Below are positions 63,001 to 64,000 of a DNA stretch of 64,000 nt, in pieces (within the stretch, counting starts at the first letter, position 1; each line of letters begins with the position of its first letter). A model generated the notes under the pieces. The model did not search any database. It had not been told where the DNA came from and worked only from the letters and a program-made list of their open reading frames with translations. Made by a program: the position numbers and the translations under genes. Source of the stretch: a virus. The stretch covers positions 32,001 through 96,000 of the IMG/VR virus record IMGVR_UViG_3300031576_001126, one strand, 5' to 3'.

Positions 63001-64000
63001 CCCCGGATGGTGTAAGTCTCCCAATAGAGCATACCAATGATTTTTTTGGAAATGATAGCAATGAAAGAAAAACATACCTAGACAAATCTTTATTTGTTAG
63101 TGAGAAAAATATTAACTTGTCTGGAATAAGACTTATTGAAACCGGAAATATAAATGTAATATATGGAACTCATTTCTTAAAATTTATAGGAAGTCGAGAT
63201 GGAAACGATTTTACGATAGAAGCAAAAAGTCCTCTTACGGGGATTAATGGAACCGGGCAAAATGATACGGCTTATAAATTTTTAAACGATGGCATTGATG
63301 ACAAATTGCCAAACAGACCGAATTTTGTGAAAAGACATAGGTCTTATTGGTTCGGTTATATGTGGCAATATGTTTCCGAAGGAGAAGATTTCAGAACTCC
63401 TGAAACATTTTCGTTTGAAGGAAACGAAAATAATAATACAATTCACAAAACGTCTTCTCTTGAAAAAACCAAAGTTATAATGAAACCTTCAATGTTGTTT
63501 GAGGGAAACCGATTCTATTTGTTTTATTCTTCCTCTATTTCTCCGTATCCAGAAAGACCAGAGGCCGGTTTTGGCGGCGAAGCTGGAACGGAACTTTACA
63601 GAGATGAATCGAATAATACTAATCCAACAAGAATTCTTTCAGAAGAAGTAGTTGGTTTTAACATCCTGCCCAATCTTAACGACTGGGGACAAAATATGGG
63701 AATACATTTTGCTTCGGCTTTTAGTTCTGAAAGCAGAGAAGATTTCTTATTTAATTCAAGTAATATCCTTCCGAATTCTATTGATGGAAACCCAATTTTA
63801 TTTTCTCATTCCCCGTGCATATTTAAAGTGGATGGAGATGCCGAGCCATTTAAAGTTTATTATCTCGGATGGTTCGGAAATCCATTGAGGTTGAGTATTT
63901 TTCGTTATAGTTTTTCCGACATAAATAATCCAACTGCAGGAACTACAATTATTTGCTATCAATTTGGAACAGGAGATAGTTCTTATGACAAACATAATTT
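57078..64000 (+). CDS. Giant protein, 3'-truncated by the window (>2300 aa): two Tyr/Gly tags, BNR propeller, VWA domain, beta-sandwich, degenerate PHP/DUF3604 hydrolase, probable further propeller
   Basis: ATG 57078 lies 3 nt after the previous stop. Segments translated by hand (MSVTVNNIGLYLSSRVGNRTDY..., VWA, PHP, final QFGTGDSSYDKHN) are all in one frame. Its absence from the ORF track is consistent with no stop before 64000. Asp-boxes ISVDGGSSW, KSINLGESW, RSLDAGTTW. Confidence 0.85.
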   Translation, partial: MSVTVNNIGLYLSSRVGNRTDYKLVLSVYVADHANGGVPDGNLPLITIERTVDDIDYSGWFVFNFPYPVVLIPDYYCITLYQKPDNVDFPVDFSVNFVQWFYTSCEDHSNKGVSSFSSDLQFTSDVYGYGYGGGGYGSTYATSPIYGYGYGYGDPADALDFFNIFEAGENDYGYAIGQPSFFYSYGYGFEYVDFVTDDVIQRNFKVYEDFNHIEFEGENNACINIPAAEEITLILNNRQEFLMAEQDGTAIVNDFITLDGFGERLISTNVSPLTSDCISNKNVDWFPANFALSSNDLNYVDTVNSLGNTNPFNVNMASSPYYGGIYISVDGGSSWDAKNDGLTLVDNSIRNISCVKFGPDGSFILAFDNTSLSERGKVFKSINLGESWTELILASATLSGIIVNDGFVISSSEIWIGTDNGVYRSLDAGTTWFPENNGLPSLTNVNQILVDLDILGNYGYGYGGGEGISYFDVFGSDGSLFGYGFGSFEMSFSENFGYEYGYEYGFSGGSSRIVAIATEFGAYWLVNGVWERIYPDIGQPEENTNTILFSNNNIFIGKDDGLIRSEIVGPDEEFDRIRFRGHKTSEAINGDFYVIGLSRRKTTKVRLNRNKESEIFVAQHGGVFFSENDGGNFVNLTKSISERSLKIKDIITNPIDSEIIYASVETTKFANAGVTILVDCSGSMVANDPEEKRIDMALNIVDNIVSVAVNTPYFQIIRFGVSENILLRNQSIYNSLRTQGEDFDIIGAFNLTKNIKGRIVDAGYSSNVTLVRKALDVSCREPSSAREHARTLFFDALTATSTGLANFGSRWEYKENVSKYIFDDISSNFYNNLDKSLIIITDGNDTVDGKTLQQLIDSSSNYNNIPSKTYIVGVGHNINFENLKALRESNKNSKLYLAPFDENIYSTLSDDVSDVILDREKFRNRSGIWRKLIDLEEPKITKNVILKANVPSSTTLTYRLRTTNNKKDFTDFTVDFLPNTINTVNLSGRYISIAINFESESTSFAPEVSEIRFTILEPSRSYVNFPIKNTSNSDRISEIELSSLDDLSLGNVSSDVVKMNFGLIQSESTNFKFSNKVHRDLRSVMLKRDFEDLTSEDGFFFKAKNGPWPGDTVVRVVDFLEFNANPNEGVIDGSLYFAIPSEGLIIFFDKVNSDKKIKLDLDFISQYRIGTEIINLSDAIDCFNLHDIAWVYYTDSNSVLPRSALPKVPSQLAGLETFGILSDGNHETGFGLATTYLVQYILNDVFNNGIISITNGQRINLKTTGNSDILRFYNQNAFLPPTQIENALDDGFLRVLNTQGIDFGIVTIQQTTTSPLHYQINVKTSSQITVGESVVFSIGDRSQGSRGISTETFQENLLFKSNEETVCEFQTNFYIGQKSGTQTPSVQNGDFDKIITPNLNLIGQNATSIIVLCPTTVSPGSFFNVKFIAVDDLGIVDKEFTGTIQFDIENPTMGTFVDGFSKQFSLSNSGVLDMAVLASSSLSGSTRIRCGIIVNQEQSSSTSFDPTLFDNIFFSNTFLIDSSFSVKWGDLNISTIFGDGRQDIDFVANYAEKTSALNFIGITDDIDILDDQEWAYTLFRTDALTNNNLVIYPGFRHRASDFYGERMVVFGGTDATTTPQTLASSLKPINFSNPQEQLTNLVNGLTNKDYITIPIHTPYQTDQTDFFFRGRGFLLDRYRNIVDISASMESFITNIESSFEIYSEHGNAETPDFYQSENFIGSESNLFETTAYVQRALFIGKRLGFVAGSGGYHSRSGYYKGDSSPRTQLIVGSVASNRGLTAVLTENVDRTEIFNKIKQRKTYATTGARMFLHFEATTQSQTKGMGEVFSNLDFDTFGDPIDTITFKIRATSDNSTITRIQIIKIKIDENITTVLDSRISGVPPFNVVDFGNDTGLLAFVEDISDNAENQEYCYYVRISQDDGHFAWSSPIWFNFGREEGIRITSDVNFRTVSQPSLSSDQGDIPEIPYSLSKNPPDGVSLPIEHTNDFFGNDSNERKTYLDKSLFVSEKNINLSGIRLIETGNINVIYGTHFLKFIGSRDGNDFTIEAKSPLTGINGTGQNDTAYKFLNDGIDDKLPNRPNFVKRHRSYWFGYMWQYVSEGEDFRTPETFSFEGNENNNTIHKTSSLEKTKVIMKPSMLFEGNRFYLFYSSSISPYPERPEAGFGGEAGTELYRDESNNTNPTRILSEEVVGFNILPNLNDWGQNMGIHFASAFSSESREDFLFNSSNILPNSIDGNPILFSHSPCIFKVDGDAEPFKVYYLGWFGNPLRLSIFRYSFSDINNPTAGTTIICYQFGTGDSSYDKHN
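57456..57650 (+). repeat. Tyr/Gly tag copy 8
   Basis: YGYGYGGGGYG...YGYGYGYGDPADALDFFNIF...DYGY...YSYGYGFEY. Confidence 0.8.
58449..58595 (+). repeat. Tyr/Gly tag copy 9
   Basis: YGYGYGGGEGISYFDVFGSDGSLFGYGFGSFEMSFSENFGYEYGYEYGF. Confidence 0.85.
59094..59830 (+). other. von Willebrand factor A domain with intact MIDAS
   Basis: VTILVDCSGSM (DxSxS at 59112-59126), RTLFFDAL (T at 59448), LIIITDGND (D at 59601), TYIVGVG. Confidence 0.85.
61659..62879 (+). other. PHP-fold metallohydrolase domain (DUF3604 / CehA-McbA-like) with most metal ligands lost
   Basis: WGDLNIST, LNFIGITDD, EIYSEHG, ALFIGKRLGFVAGS, GLTAVLTENVDRTEIFNKIKQRKTYATTGAR, YYVRISQDDGHFAWSSPIW. Confidence 0.8.

Noticed and set aside
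291-63995. Numerous 60-182 aa minus-strand and alternate-frame ORFs
   Set aside because: All lie within the long + strand genes and show no recognisable motifs. They are antisense shadows.
175-64000. Alternative genetic code (stop-codon recoding, as in some huge phages)
   Set aside because: Coding density is near-complete under the standard code and the genes end cleanly in TAA (one TGA) next to the following start.

Overview
AT-rich window that is almost entirely one co-directional (+ strand), tightly packed run of giant genes: 1373, 1899, 4146, 2251, 443, 2195 and 6287 aa, plus one ORF of >2300 aa (57078 to window end) that the ORF track missed because it has no stop inside the window. Interspersed are a free-standing GIY-YIG/NUMOD3/AP2 homing endonuclease and a small acidic ORF. 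GGAG/GAGG ribosome-binding sites, the homing endonuclease, T4-like 'F.xGxTIxGxxSGATA' motifs and the lack of obvious signal peptides suggest (inference) the virion tail/baseplate/fibre module of a very large prokaryotic virus. No capsid, portal, sheath or terminase is visible here to prove it. The proteins are mosaics of BNR/Asp-box, LVIVD and Reg_prop propellers, CBM-like, PA14, Big_1, FN3-like and VWA domains, plus an apparently catalytically dead PHP/DUF3604 hydrolase. Two features stand out. First, a conserved Tyr/Gly-rich tag (YGYGYG-x-GxD[FY]F[DN][VI]FG...YGYG...YGYGYEY) is inserted about nine times into loops of five different proteins. Second, the proteins show nested 'Russian-doll' architecture, best seen in the 4146-aa protein: about 11 first-halves of a repeat domain are followed by 12 second-halves, implying an out-and-back stalk with the Tyr/Gly tag at its tip. 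All domain calls are by-eye motif recognition, not database searches.
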